64,000 bases of DNA from an uncultured Actinomycetota bacterium (GTDB lineage Bacteria; Actinomycetota; Actinomycetes; Streptosporangiales; Streptosporangiaceae): assembly GCA_963844655.1 (NCBI GenBank), contig CAWJPA010000006.1, positions 667,633 to 731,632 of the forward strand. The letters are read 5' to 3'. Of the stretch, positions 63,766 through 64,000 are shown in pieces. The translations under genes were made by a program, and so were the position numbers. Each line of letters starts with the position of its first letter. Positions within the stretch are counted from its first letter, which is position 1. The notes beneath the pieces are model-generated. The model was given only the letters and a program-made list of their open reading frames with translations. It was not told the origin of the DNA and searched no databases.

Positions 63766-63902
63766 CCTAGTTCTCCTATCATTTTTATAGAGATCTGACT
63801 CAAGAAGTTACCACGATCGCCTCAAGTCACGGAAGAAAAACTGGTTGACTGCTTCGGCGTGTTACCCGGCGCTACCACCCGCCCCTTGGCCAATCCGCAG
63901 TG

Positions 63903-64000
63903 TTACCGCACGTAAAGTTGTCTGCCGTGGAAACCCACCGTGATGCCCCCGCCCAGCGTGTGCCTGACCGTTTGACCGTCCGGACGGTCGCCGTCGATGA
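63903..64000 (-). CDS. 3-prime end of an unidentified gene entering from beyond the window
   Basis: The reverse frame reads ...IDGDRPDGQTVRHTLGGGITVGFHGRQLYVR-stop (TAA at 63903-63905) with mostly G/C third positions. It is too short to assign. Confidence 0.3.
   Translation of the reverse strand, partial: IDGDRPDGQTVRHTLGGGITVGFHGRQLYVR

Overview
This is a 64-kb stretch of a very high-GC actinomycete chromosome (Streptomyces/Streptosporangiales-like; GC was not computed). Genes are densely packed on both strands, many with 1-4 nt start/stop overlaps. Because of the GC content, almost every real gene is shadowed by long spurious antisense or out-of-frame ORFs. I chose frames by recognisable motifs, amino-acid composition and third-position GC.

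I support about 65 protein-coding genes:
- Housekeeping and stress genes: adk-like, glycerate kinase, prs-like, ada/alkA-ogt, furA-katG, glmS, sthA, trHbN.
- Regulators: LAL-type LuxR, ArsR, two TetR, an ECF sigma factor, two NarL-type two-component systems, CsoR, FmdB-like.
- Efflux: a heterodimeric ABC exporter and four MFS transporters.
- Accessory genes: a MenT/AbiEii-type nucleotidyltransferase toxin module, a Tuf3-like second EF-Tu, a large secreted phosphoesterase/beta-propeller fusion, P450 plus epoxide hydrolase, an Rv2578c-type radical SAM protein, and cysteine dioxygenase plus rhodanese.

I found no rRNA, tRNA, CRISPR array, transposase or integrase.

Observations most worth follow-up:
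1. A CYTH-CHAD (polyphosphate-associated) gene translationally coupled to an orphan ParA-type ATPase.
2. An isolated Tuf3-class EF-Tu paralogue next to an MFS exporter.
3. An ECF sigma factor, a short anti-sigma-like ORF, an MFS transporter and a ThDP enzyme chained by overlapping stop/start codons.
4. A 53-bp hairpin-containing tandem repeat in a divergent promoter region.
5. A small conserved-looking ORF with a structured leader directly in front of glmS.
6. Two genes broken by single-base frameshifts in G/C runs.
7. A recurrent leaderless promoter architecture (TAnnnT 6-7 nt before the start codon).

None of these is proven novel from sequence alone. All need database and neighbourhood searches, which I specify for each finding.
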